Source: Planctomycetota bacterium
GTDB taxonomy: Bacteria > Planctomycetota > B15-G4 > JADJEK01
NCBI GenBank assembly: GCA_044225365.1
Contig: JBGAIQ010000009.1
Location: forward strand, 96,462 to 160,461
Direction of reading: 5' to 3'
Length of the DNA: 64,000 nt
A program made the position numbers and the translations under genes. This document shows, piece by piece, positions 27,743 through 37,100 of the stretch. The notes beneath the pieces are model-generated. The model was not told where the DNA came from and did not search any database. It saw nothing but the letters and a program-made list of their open reading frames with translations. Numbering within the stretch: position 1 is the first letter of the stretch; each line of letters begins with the position of its first letter.

Positions 27743-30525
27743 TTGCCACCCGGGCCCTTCTCGTCCTTCACTTCGACCGGCGGCCCCTGCGAGTCGTCGA
27801 TCATGCCGCGGAAGAGTTTCGTGATCTCGGAGTGCTGTAGTCCGAGGCGGGTCAGGCGGTCACGCGAAATCGCGTCGAGACCACCCTCCGCATTGGCGCC
27901 CTGGAGCCGCATGAAGACGTCGAGACGCTTCATCATGCTCTCCTCCATTCGCTTCAACATGAGCAACTCGGCGACGGGCGGGATCAAGGGCTGCTTCTGT
28001 TGCTGCTGCGGCGAATTCCCGTTCTGGCCGTCCGGCGGCTGGCCCTCCTCGCCCTCCTTCGGCTTGAGCTTCGCCTGCTTGCGGCGCTCGACTTCTTCAT
28101 CGAGGGTCGCGAGAAGCGTGTCGTAGCGATCGAGGATGTCGCGCGCGATCGACTGCGTGAAGTCGTCGGTGCGGTAGGGAGCGGTCCCGAGCAGTTCGGT
28201 CACTCGATCGAAATCGCCGTCGTTCTGCTCGAGCGCGAACGTGAAGACCGTCGCTCCATCCTCGCGCAGCTTCGACACGACCTCCTGATTCTGCACCTTC
28301 AGTTCTCGCGACTTCTGCGCGAGCTTCTTCGACGTATTCTGTCCGACTCGCGACAGCTTGCCCTTGCTCTGGCGCTCGAGTTCGAGCTCCTCGGTCTTGG
28401 CTACGACCTCACCCTGGCCCGTACGAAGGAGGGTCAACTGCTCCTTCACCTTGAAGAGCAACTCCTCCTGGCGAAGGTTCTGGTACTTGTCCTTCTCCTG
28501 CTTCAGTTCCTGCTCGGCCTTCTTCAAGAACTTCTCGGCTTCTTCCTGGCGCGGGGTTGCTTCCTCGCCCTGCTCCTTCTTGAGGCTCGATGCCGCCTGA
28601 TCCATCTTCGATGCGGCGGCGGAGAGCGACTGCTCGCGTTCGGGCTTCTTCTCGTCGCGGATACGATCCATCAGCTCTTTCAGCTTCTTCTCGAGCTCCC
28701 GCTGACGGCTCTCGAGGTCGTCGTACTTCTGCTGCTGATCCGCGGCCGAAGGGGAGTCCTTCGCGGACTGCTCGGCTTCCGACTGCTGCTGGTCGAGCTC
28801 CTGCGAGGCCTTCTCGAGTTGTTCACCCGCCTCGCTCTGGCTCTTCGCTGCTTTCTCCTGCTGGCCGCTGCGCATCGATTGCGCCGCCTGCTGCATCGAC
28901 TGCGCCGCCGACTCCACGGCCTTCGAGGCTCCCGACGGCGAATCCTTCTTCATGGCCGCGTCGAGGCGGGAGAGCGTCTTCGCGAGAGCCTCGGCCTGCT
29001 GGCTCGCGTACTCCTGCTTCGCGGCGAGGGAGTCGCTCCGTTCCTGCGCAGCCTTCTCGGCACCGTCGATCGCGTTGCGCGCCTCCTTCATCTTCTCGAG
29101 CGCATCGCGTTGCGCCGCGGCCGCGCCTTCGAGGTCGGGCTTCTCCATCTCGGAACCGGCTTCGTTCGCCGCTTGCGCGCTCTGCTCGAGCGCCGCCGCC
29201 GCGTCGCTCGCTCGCTTCTGCGCCGCTTGGTTTCGTTCGGCGGCCTGCGGATCGCCCGCACTCTTCGAATCGCGTGAGTCCTGCGTCGGCAACTTCTCCA
29301 CCCGGGAAGCAGCTTCTGCGAGCTTCTTCGCTTCGTCACCGAGTTCGCGTTGCTGGTCGGCCGCCTTCGCGTCGGTCGCCGACTTCGAGAGCGCCTTGTC
29401 GAGCTGCGCCTTCGCGGCATCGACGTTCTCGTTCTCGGCGTTCGCGAGCTGCGCCGCCGTGGACGCGTCGCCGTTCTTCTCGGCGTCGCGCGCCGCCTTC
29501 ATCCGCTCCGAAGCACTCGCGAGTGCTTTGGCGAGGGCTTCGCGGGCGGTTGCGATCTCGGCGGCGTTCGCCGGATCCTTCGCGCCGTTCTCGCCGTTCT
29601 TTGCGTCGGCCGCGGTCGCCTCCTGTGACAACGCGTCCTTCGCCGCCGCGAGTTGTTCGGCAACCTTCTTCATCGCGTCGGCGTCGCCCGCGGCCTTCGA
29701 GTCGTCAGATGCGTCGGCCTTGGACTTCGGGGAGCCGTCGGCGGAGGCTGCCTCGGCCTTCTTGGCAAGGTCCTTCGCGAGAGCCTTCTGGGCTTCGATC
29801 GCGGCCTGTGCAGCGAGGAATCCGGGAGCCGCCCGCTCGAGCGAGTTCTCGGTCGCTGCGAGCGCGGCATTCTGCTTCGCGATCAGGTTCTCCAACTGGT
29901 GCTTCAGAGCGGCGAGTGCCGAGTCCTTCGACTGCGACTCGCTCGTGTTCTCCTTCGCCAGCTTCTGTTCGTTCTCCTTCAGGTCCTTCAACTGACTCTT
30001 CGCCTGCTCGGCGAGAGCCTTCGGATTCGTCGCCAGAACGGTCGTCTCGTTCGTCAGCTTCTGCTGCTCGCTCCGCACCTGCGCAATGTCGCGGACCGCT
30101 TGTTCGAGCTTCTTGGCTTCGGCGTCGAGCGAATCGAAGTCCGTTCGATCGAGGAGGATCGCGTACACGGACTCGAGATCCTTGAGCAGGTCCTCCTGCT
30201 CCTTCACCGAGGCGAACTCCTGGCGGTCGAGACTCGACCCGATCTTCTCGATCGTTCGGGTCAGCTCGCGCTTCTTGATCTCGGCGATCGCATTGTCGAG
30301 CAGGTCGGCGCTGTGCTGCTTTCCCTCCGCCCGCAGCCGCTTCGACAGCGACTCCATGTTCTTCTTCGTCGACTCGATGCGGCTCTTGAGGTTCTGCTGC
30401 TCCTGCGAGATGCGTTTGACGTCGGTCGCGGCGTCGGTCTCATCGCTCGCCCACGAGCGTGCGAACGGCAGTGCACAGAGCGACAGCGAGAGGAGACACG
30501 GAGCGAAGTGGAATCGGCTTCTCAT
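27739..30525 (-). CDS. Secreted giant coiled-coil protein (A/K/E/Q/S-rich, ~928 aa)
   Basis: From MRSRFHFAPCLLSLSLCALPFARSWASDE (signal). Almost entirely heptad-like charged helical sequence. The ORF-track start at 30669 is trimmed to this internal ATG. Confidence 0.6.
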   Translation of the reverse strand: MRSRFHFAPCLLSLSLCALPFARSWASDETDAATDVKRISQEQQNLKSRIESTKKNMESLSKRLRAEGKQHSADLLDNAIAEIKKRELTRTIEKIGSSLDRQEFASVKEQEDLLKDLESVYAILLDRTDFDSLDAEAKKLEQAVRDIAQVRSEQQKLTNETTVLATNPKALAEQAKSQLKDLKENEQKLAKENTSESQSKDSALAALKHQLENLIAKQNAALAATENSLERAAPGFLAAQAAIEAQKALAKDLAKKAEAASADGSPKSKADASDDSKAAGDADAMKKVAEQLAAAKDALSQEATAADAKNGENGAKDPANAAEIATAREALAKALASASERMKAARDAEKNGDASTAAQLANAENENVDAAKAQLDKALSKSATDAKAADQQRELGDEAKKLAEAASRVEKLPTQDSRDSKSAGDPQAAERNQAAQKRASDAAAALEQSAQAANEAGSEMEKPDLEGAAAAQRDALEKMKEARNAIDGAEKAAQERSDSLAAKQEYASQQAEALAKTLSRLDAAMKKDSPSGASKAVESAAQSMQQAAQSMRSGQQEKAAKSQSEAGEQLEKASQELDQQQSEAEQSAKDSPSAADQQQKYDDLESRQRELEKKLKELMDRIRDEKKPEREQSLSAAASKMDQAASSLKKEQGEEATPRQEEAEKFLKKAEQELKQEKDKYQNLRQEELLFKVKEQLTLLRTGQGEVVAKTEELELERQSKGKLSRVGQNTSKKLAQKSRELKVQNQEVVSKLREDGATVFTFALEQNDGDFDRVTELLGTAPYRTDDFTQSIARDILDRYDTLLATLDEEVERRKQAKLKPKEGEEGQPPDGQNGNSPQQQQKQPLIPPVAELLMLKRMEESMMKRLDVFMRLQGANAEGGLDAISRDRLTRLGLQHSEITKLFRGMIDDSQGPPVEVKDEKGPGGK

Positions 30526-30569
30526 GGTGTGCCTTACGACCGATTGCGCGCGGCGGGGTTCCATCGTTG

Positions 30570-32906
30570 TCATTCTCTCTTCAGCGACTGCTTGGTGCGC
30601 TGATTGAGCGACCGTTGATCCTCGACCAGATTGCGAAACGTCGCAACGATCTCTTGAAAACTCTCCCACTCATCGAGGCGGGCGATCAAGGCGTCGAGCC
30701 GTTCGAGCGCCCGTTTCTCCTCCTCGAGGGCTTGCCGCAAGGCCAAGGGCCGCTGCGCAGGATCGACGGCGAGCCGTGCATCGGACAGCGCTTTCGCGGC
30801 CGCCGGCGAATGCAGCTCGGCGACGTCGATCACGCAATGGATCATCTCGAAGATGCGACCGAGGATCTCGAGTCGACCGTACGCACTCGCGGCGTTCGCT
30901 TCGACGAGCGGTCGCCACAGCTTCGGATCGAACCCGTCCAATTGGGAGCTGCCGCGCTTCTTCTCGAGCATCACCGCGATCAATCCTTCGACGCCCGAAC
31001 TCGTGTCGAGCCGATTGAAGAGGTACTCCTCGAAGATCTCCGCGAACTCTCGGCACTGCTTCAGCGACCGTGCGGTCACCTGGTTCTGGCCCACCTCGAG
31101 CGTGGCGACGTCATCGGCCGTCGCGCCGGTCACCCCTTCGGCCTGGTCGAACTCCTTCAGGATCACTTCGAGTCGCTCGATCTTCTCCTGCTGGAGAGCG
31201 CGCAAGGAGCCGACCTCCTCCTTGGTGCGAGTCTGACGCTCCGCCAGGAGTCGCTGTTTCTCGCCGGGCGCGACGATGTCGACGCGCCGCTCCTCGATCG
31301 CCGTCTCGTTGCCGCCGGTCGAGGGCTTGCCGTCCTTGCCAAGGACGATGCCGTCGAAATTGTCCTTGGCCGCGACGCGATAGACGAGCGACTCCCCCGC
31401 CGCCATCGCGCGCGGCCCGCCTTCGTGCTCGAACACCTTCTGCTTGAGGTCGAGGTGCTCGTAGACGAGGACGCGACGCGATTCGTCCGGACCCTTGCCG
31501 ATCGGGAAGTCGATCTTCAGCGGGGTCGCACCGCCAAACGGCTTCATCTCGATCGCGAGGCTCGTGAGTCCGTAATCGTCGTCGGCGGCGATCCGCAACG
31601 GAACGATGCCGTTCGGTGTCACGTCGACGTCGGCGCGGCCGGGCTCGAGGACTCGCACGGTCGGACCGCGATCCTTGACGGCGAGGACCGAGTAGGTCGG
31701 GGGTTCGAGATTCTTGAACCCGATGTCCGAGACCAGCTCGATGGAATAGGCGCACGACTGCGTGATGTCGAACGACGCTCGCAGCTTCCGCGAATTCGAA
31801 TCGGCGACGAGTAGAAGCGGCAGTGCCGCGATCCCGCTGTCGAAGACGAGGCGACCGGCGGCCACCGCATCGGCGGTCTGGACGTCGATCGTGACGTGTG
31901 TCCCGACGAGTCCTTCCACGTCGCCTCGTGGTTCGACCCGCGGTCCGAGACCGGTGTAGGCCGGGAACTGGAGCTGCGACGTGACGCTCGCGACCGCGGG
32001 CGGCGTGAAGATCTCGACTTCGACTTCGCGGCCGCCGCCATCATCGTCGCCGCCGACCGGTCGGAACGTGAAGGGCGCGCGCACCGATCGGAACCGGCCC
32101 GCCCACTCACCATTGCCCGTCGACGACAGGGCGATCTTCGAATCCCCGCTCTCGCGCGACTCGGTCCGGACCTCGACGAGCTCGGGGTTCTCGCCGTTCG
32201 CCGTCACTGCGACCGGCAGACTCGCGCCACGAGCGATGCGGACGCGAATCGGGCGCTTCTCGTTCGAGGAGTCCTTCGCGTCGTATTCCACGACGTAGTG
32301 CGTGCCGTGCTCGGGGAACTTCACCGCGAGCATCGTGCGTTGCGGCCATCGTGCGCTCCCGCCGAGTAGGCGGCGGAAGAAGACGTCGGCGAGCGACGAC
32401 TGCGTCGCCACGAACGTGATGACGCCGAGGACGAGCACGGCCGCCGCCGCGCCGAGGCGCTGCAGGTGCCGATACTCGAAGATCGTCGAAAGGGGCAGGG
32501 TGGCCCGGATCGCCGAAGTCTCGCGCCGCAAGTCGGCGACGAGCTCGGGCGACACGTTGCGCTGCGGATCGATCGCCTCGCCCTCGAGTTCGAGGACCGC
32601 GAGCAGACGGCCGTCGAACTGCGGGAAGCGCCGCTCGATCGCACACGCGACATCGCGCTCGGTCGGCCGCTTCTTCAGGGGGTAGACGATGCCGCGATAT
32701 ACCTGCACGGCGAGGCCGGCGACGACGACGAGCAGCAGCACGATGCGAACCGGCGCGGGCAGGGCGAGCGACCGATCGAGGACGTAGAGGGCGGCGAGCC
32801 CGCAGCATACGAAGGCGACGACGCGCGCGATTCCATACAGCAGCGCGAGCTTGAGCCAGCGGCCCGCGAGACGCGAGAATTCGGCGCGCAGTTCGTTCAG
32901 GTCCAT
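30570..32906 (-). CDS. Membrane protein (two N-terminal TM helices + ~650-aa extracytoplasmic region), possibly DUF4175-like distal component of MoxR/vWA operons
   Basis: 778 aa. MDLNELRAEFSRLAGRWLKLALLYGIARVVAFVCCGLAALYVLDRSLALPAPVRIVLLLVVVAGLAVQVY (2 TM). beta-rich middle, coiled-coil C-terminus. Family assignment not verifiable here. Confidence 0.55.
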   Translation of the reverse strand: MDLNELRAEFSRLAGRWLKLALLYGIARVVAFVCCGLAALYVLDRSLALPAPVRIVLLLVVVAGLAVQVYRGIVYPLKKRPTERDVACAIERRFPQFDGRLLAVLELEGEAIDPQRNVSPELVADLRRETSAIRATLPLSTIFEYRHLQRLGAAAAVLVLGVITFVATQSSLADVFFRRLLGGSARWPQRTMLAVKFPEHGTHYVVEYDAKDSSNEKRPIRVRIARGASLPVAVTANGENPELVEVRTESRESGDSKIALSSTGNGEWAGRFRSVRAPFTFRPVGGDDDGGGREVEVEIFTPPAVASVTSQLQFPAYTGLGPRVEPRGDVEGLVGTHVTIDVQTADAVAAGRLVFDSGIAALPLLLVADSNSRKLRASFDITQSCAYSIELVSDIGFKNLEPPTYSVLAVKDRGPTVRVLEPGRADVDVTPNGIVPLRIAADDDYGLTSLAIEMKPFGGATPLKIDFPIGKGPDESRRVLVYEHLDLKQKVFEHEGGPRAMAAGESLVYRVAAKDNFDGIVLGKDGKPSTGGNETAIEERRVDIVAPGEKQRLLAERQTRTKEEVGSLRALQQEKIERLEVILKEFDQAEGVTGATADDVATLEVGQNQVTARSLKQCREFAEIFEEYLFNRLDTSSGVEGLIAVMLEKKRGSSQLDGFDPKLWRPLVEANAASAYGRLEILGRIFEMIHCVIDVAELHSPAAAKALSDARLAVDPAQRPLALRQALEEEKRALERLDALIARLDEWESFQEIVATFRNLVEDQRSLNQRTKQSLKRE

Positions 32907-32940
32907 CGGTTGATCGGGTCCGTCTCGTGGTCCATCGGGC

Positions 32941-34149
32941 TCAGCGCTGCAGGATCGGCAAGTACCGGTAAGGGACCTGCAGGATGATCGACGCTACGGC
33001 GGTCGAGAAGGCGTCGCCGGGACCCTCCTTGTTGCGCCAGAAACCGTCGCGCGTCTGCACGTTCAACAGGTCCGCCTTGATGCTTTTATAGTACCGACTC
33101 CACCACGGGTCGCCCGCGACAAAGAACGCCTGCACCGCGTAGTAGTGGCCGTACCAGAAGAAGAAGTGTTCGTAGCGACTCCGCATCTGGTCGTACTCGC
33201 GCTCGAGGAGATCGAGCGACTCGCGAAGGGTTTCGTTCGAGTACACGCCTGCGTTGTAGAGCGATGCGATCCCCGCCGCCGTGAGCGCGAACGAACTGCG
33301 CGTGTTGTCCTGCTTCTGATACTTGAACGAGCCGCGCTTCAAGAAGTAGTAGTCGTTCGAGTCGCCGTATCCCGCGTAGGGGTCGTCCTCCGGCTGATAG
33401 GAGTCGATGACGTACTTCACGGCGTTGTCGATCGTGGTCTTCGGGACCTTGATCCCGATGTTGCGAGCCGAGCGCAGCGCCATGATCTGGCAGACCGTGA
33501 TCGACATGTCGGACTCGATCGCGAACGGCTCGTAGCGCCACGAACCGTAGCTGTTCTGCGATTCGACGATGAGGTCGACGGCGCGCTGCAGTTTCTCGCG
33601 CAGGTCGTTGCGATGCGTCATCCCGACGACTTCGGACAGGAAGAGCGTCGCGAACGCGTGGCTGTACATGCGCGTTCCGTCGCGCGAGATGTAACCGTGC
33701 TCGTCGACCGAGGTGAGGATGAAGTCGATCGCCTTCGTCAGCGTCTCGCCGTAGCGGCCGCGACCCGGCAGATTGCCGCCCGCGAGGTACGCCATGCCCG
33801 CGAGCGCCGTCACCCCGACGTGATGGACCTTCTCGTGCTCGACCATGTAACTCTGATTCAGCTTGAAGCCGACATCCCCGGTCCACGAGCCGTCGGCGTT
33901 CTGCTGCTTCTGGAGCCAGCGCAGCGCCTTGTCGACCGCGGTCGCCACCGCGGGATCGGGATCATCGGCACCCACGTTCGAATCGTCGCTCGCAGTGACG
34001 GGGACGGGTGCGATGGGCGACACCCCGAACGACACGAGCGGCGCGAGGAGGACGAAGCCCACGCCGAGTCCGAGCGACCGAAACATTCTCATGGATTCGA
34101 TTCCTTCAAGCGTTCGCGCGGGGTCCATCGACTTTCCTTTGCCGCTCAC
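32941..34149 (-). CDS. Secreted QW-motif prenyltransferase/squalene-cyclase-fold repeat protein (paralog 2)
   Basis: 402 aa. LRWLQKQQNADGSWTGD, VESQNSYGSWRYEP. C-terminal ...VPYRYLPILQR. Clear homology to 25830..27032. 4-nt overlap with the upstream gene. Confidence 0.7.
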   Translation of the reverse strand: MSGKGKSMDPARTLEGIESMRMFRSLGLGVGFVLLAPLVSFGVSPIAPVPVTASDDSNVGADDPDPAVATAVDKALRWLQKQQNADGSWTGDVGFKLNQSYMVEHEKVHHVGVTALAGMAYLAGGNLPGRGRYGETLTKAIDFILTSVDEHGYISRDGTRMYSHAFATLFLSEVVGMTHRNDLREKLQRAVDLIVESQNSYGSWRYEPFAIESDMSITVCQIMALRSARNIGIKVPKTTIDNAVKYVIDSYQPEDDPYAGYGDSNDYYFLKRGSFKYQKQDNTRSSFALTAAGIASLYNAGVYSNETLRESLDLLEREYDQMRSRYEHFFFWYGHYYAVQAFFVAGDPWWSRYYKSIKADLLNVQTRDGFWRNKEGPGDAFSTAVASIILQVPYRYLPILQR

Positions 34150-37100
34150 TTCGAAGTCTCGTAGACGGCGAGAGCCGTTCCGGACAGGACCGCGAAGTGG
34201 CGCGGGGTTGCAACGCTCTGCACCGGCGCGCGTTCCGAGGTCAGCGGGATCTCGACCGCGGCGAACGTGCCGGCATCGGGCGCGAACGTGAATAGGTACG
34301 TGCGCCGGGGATTGCCCGACGCACGCCGGATCTCCGCGAGACCGTAGACGTCACCGGTTCGGGTGAGCGACGCGCGGAACGTCGGACTCCCGGGGGGCAG
34401 GGCCGTCATGTCGACCGTTCGTTCGATCGCTTTCTTGTCGAGGTCGATCACGACGAGGCGATCCCGCTTCGCCGCTCCCGACCCCGTGCCCGCGCCGACG
34501 AGCACGAAGCGGCGCTTGGACGTGCCGCTTCCCGTGTCGAAGGCTCGCAGGTTCTCGAGGCCCATGACACACTGTTCGACCGTTCCCGTCCGCGGCTCAA
34601 GTCGGCTGACCGAAACGATCCCGCGCGGGGATCGCGTGTAGGTCGGCGAGGTTCCCTTGGGCAACAGGAATCCGTTCGTGGTCGGAACGAGCCACTCGAA
34701 CGACATCGGGAACGGCACTTCCTTCACGTAGGCGAGCGGCCGACCGTCCTCGAGGTCGAACGACGCGAGCGACTTCGTCTCGGCGTTCTCGCGACCGAGC
34801 GTCAACACGACGCCGAACTCCTCGTAAGCGCGCGCTTCGAACCGCTTGTTCATCGCGAGGTTCGAGATCGCGAAACGCTTCACGCCCGTGAGCGCATCGA
34901 GCGACACGACCGTCGGCTGCTCGCTCGCGCCGATCGCCAGCACGGCATCGCGGACGGCTTGGATTTCGAGGCACTCGAAATCGAGCGGCGTCGACCACAG
35001 CACCATGCCGGTCGCGGTCTCGACGGCGACGATCATCGAAGCGCCTTGCGTCGGTGGCGTGAGCAGCGCGAAGATCAGGCTGCCCGCGGAATCGACCGCC
35101 CCCACCGAGGCCCCGGAACTCCCGGCGAGGCTCGTATCGAAGCGGGTGATACCGCTCTTCTTGTCGATCCCGAACAGCCGATCCCGCTGCCGAAAGACGA
35201 TGCGATCTCCGATCGAGAACGCTCGCAGCGGGTCGAGGTCCGACGCATAGGCCGGCACGCGAACGTGCCAGATCTCCGACAACGTCGCGAGGTCGATGCG
35301 ACGCAAGACGGCGTCGGGCGCTCCGAGTTGCTCCTCCTCGTACACCAGGATCGCATCCTCGGAGTCGAATTCGACGGGGACGAGCACGCTGCGCGTCACC
35401 TGGAGTTCGAGCGTCTTCGCCGCAGGATCGGGGAGTCGCTCGAGGCGCGCCCTCTCCGCGACCGCGGCCGGCTCGGCCCCGAGGGCTTCGAGATCACGGG
35501 TTGCGACGCTGCGCACGTCCGAGGCCGGCTCGACGACGCTCGCGGCCGCCGAACCCGTCGCGACGATGCGCTTCAGCATGAGGCGAGCGAGCGCGGAATC
35601 GCCAGCGAGCGCGGCGCCGCGCGCAGCGAGGAGGAGAGCGTTCTGCCGATCGCCGTCGTCGTTCGCGGAAGTGAGCAGCGGCGCGACGACGCGGAACACC
35701 TCGGAGTACTCCTTGCGTTCGAGGCGGATCATCGCGAGGTCGAGACGCGCCCGCGGCGCCGCGGCGGCGTTCGGGAATCGCATCACGATCTCGAGGAGGG
35801 CCGCCGCATTGCGCGACGCGCTCGCCGCGCTGCGGGCGTCGCTCGCGGCGGCGTCGAATTCGGCGTAGATCGATCGGCCGTACTTTGCGATGGCATCCGC
35901 GATGAGTCGCTCGGCGTGCTTGCCCGCAGTTCCACCCGGGAAAGGGGTGTCGCGATACAGATCGATGATCCGCTGCCAACTCGAAACCGCCGCCTTGGCG
36001 TCGCGGCGGCCGAGCGCATACACGGCGCGCCGATCGAGGGTGTAGAGACCCGCGGGGATCGGAGTGCCGTAGGCGTTCGCCGCGAAGGCGTACTGCGCAT
36101 TCGGACAGCGCTCGTCGATCCAGTCGAGGACCGCCGGGATCCGCGAAGGATCCGCAGCCTCGAGCGAGTGGATCAACTGTTCGCAGGCGCGGAGGAAGTC
36201 GGCGTCGTCGAGGGAATGCTCCGCCTCCGCGAATCGGTGCTGCGCGGCCACCGCTGCGAGCCCGGACTTGTCGGCGCGTTCTGCGAGTTGATGATGCGCC
36301 ACCGCGAGTCGCTCGTGTGCGCGACGAACCAGGCTCGCATCGGTCGCGGGGGACGAGATCGATGGATCGGCCAGTACGCCCTCGAACTCCGTGATCGCAC
36401 GCTCGACGTTACCGCGCAGTGCCAGCAACTCTCCGAGATCGACGTGATCGGCGAGCGTGCCCTTGCCGCTGCCGATCCGCGTCTCGACGCGCTGGATCAG
36501 GTTCTCGAGATCGTAGAACACCGTCATCTGGCTCGCGGAGACGACGATCTGGAAGTCGCGATGCACCAGGAGATTCCCGGGCAATCCCGCCGAGTCCGAG
36601 AAACCCCAGTCGAGCGTGCGATCGCGCAGATCCATTCCCGCCTTGGTCCGCTGGTACCGCAATTCGAGCAGGCCTTCGGCGAGCGGTTGGAAGAGGACAC
36701 CGTCGCCGAGGCAGCCGCGGCCCGCGTACGACCGCGCCTGGCGGAAGCGATAGGCCCCGAGGAGTCGACCGTTGCGAAGATCGTGGAAACCGATCCCGCT
36801 CGGCCCGGAGAAGATCACGGCCCCCTGATCCACACCGAGCACGGTGCAGTAGTCGAAGGGATGGTTCTTGTCCTGATTGCACTCGACCGACCAGAGGATC
36901 TTGCCCGTCGACGCCTCGTACGCGTAGGCCGAATCCGAGTCGAGCGGAGTGACGATGCAGACTCCCTCGCGCACGATGGCCGGATCGTTGATCCAGAACC
37001 GCGGCCGCTCGAAGGTGCGTCGATAGTGACGCGTCGCCTTGATGGGAATCGCTTCGTACTGCGCGAGCCAGCGAGGATTGCCGGTGAGACCGTCGAGGCA

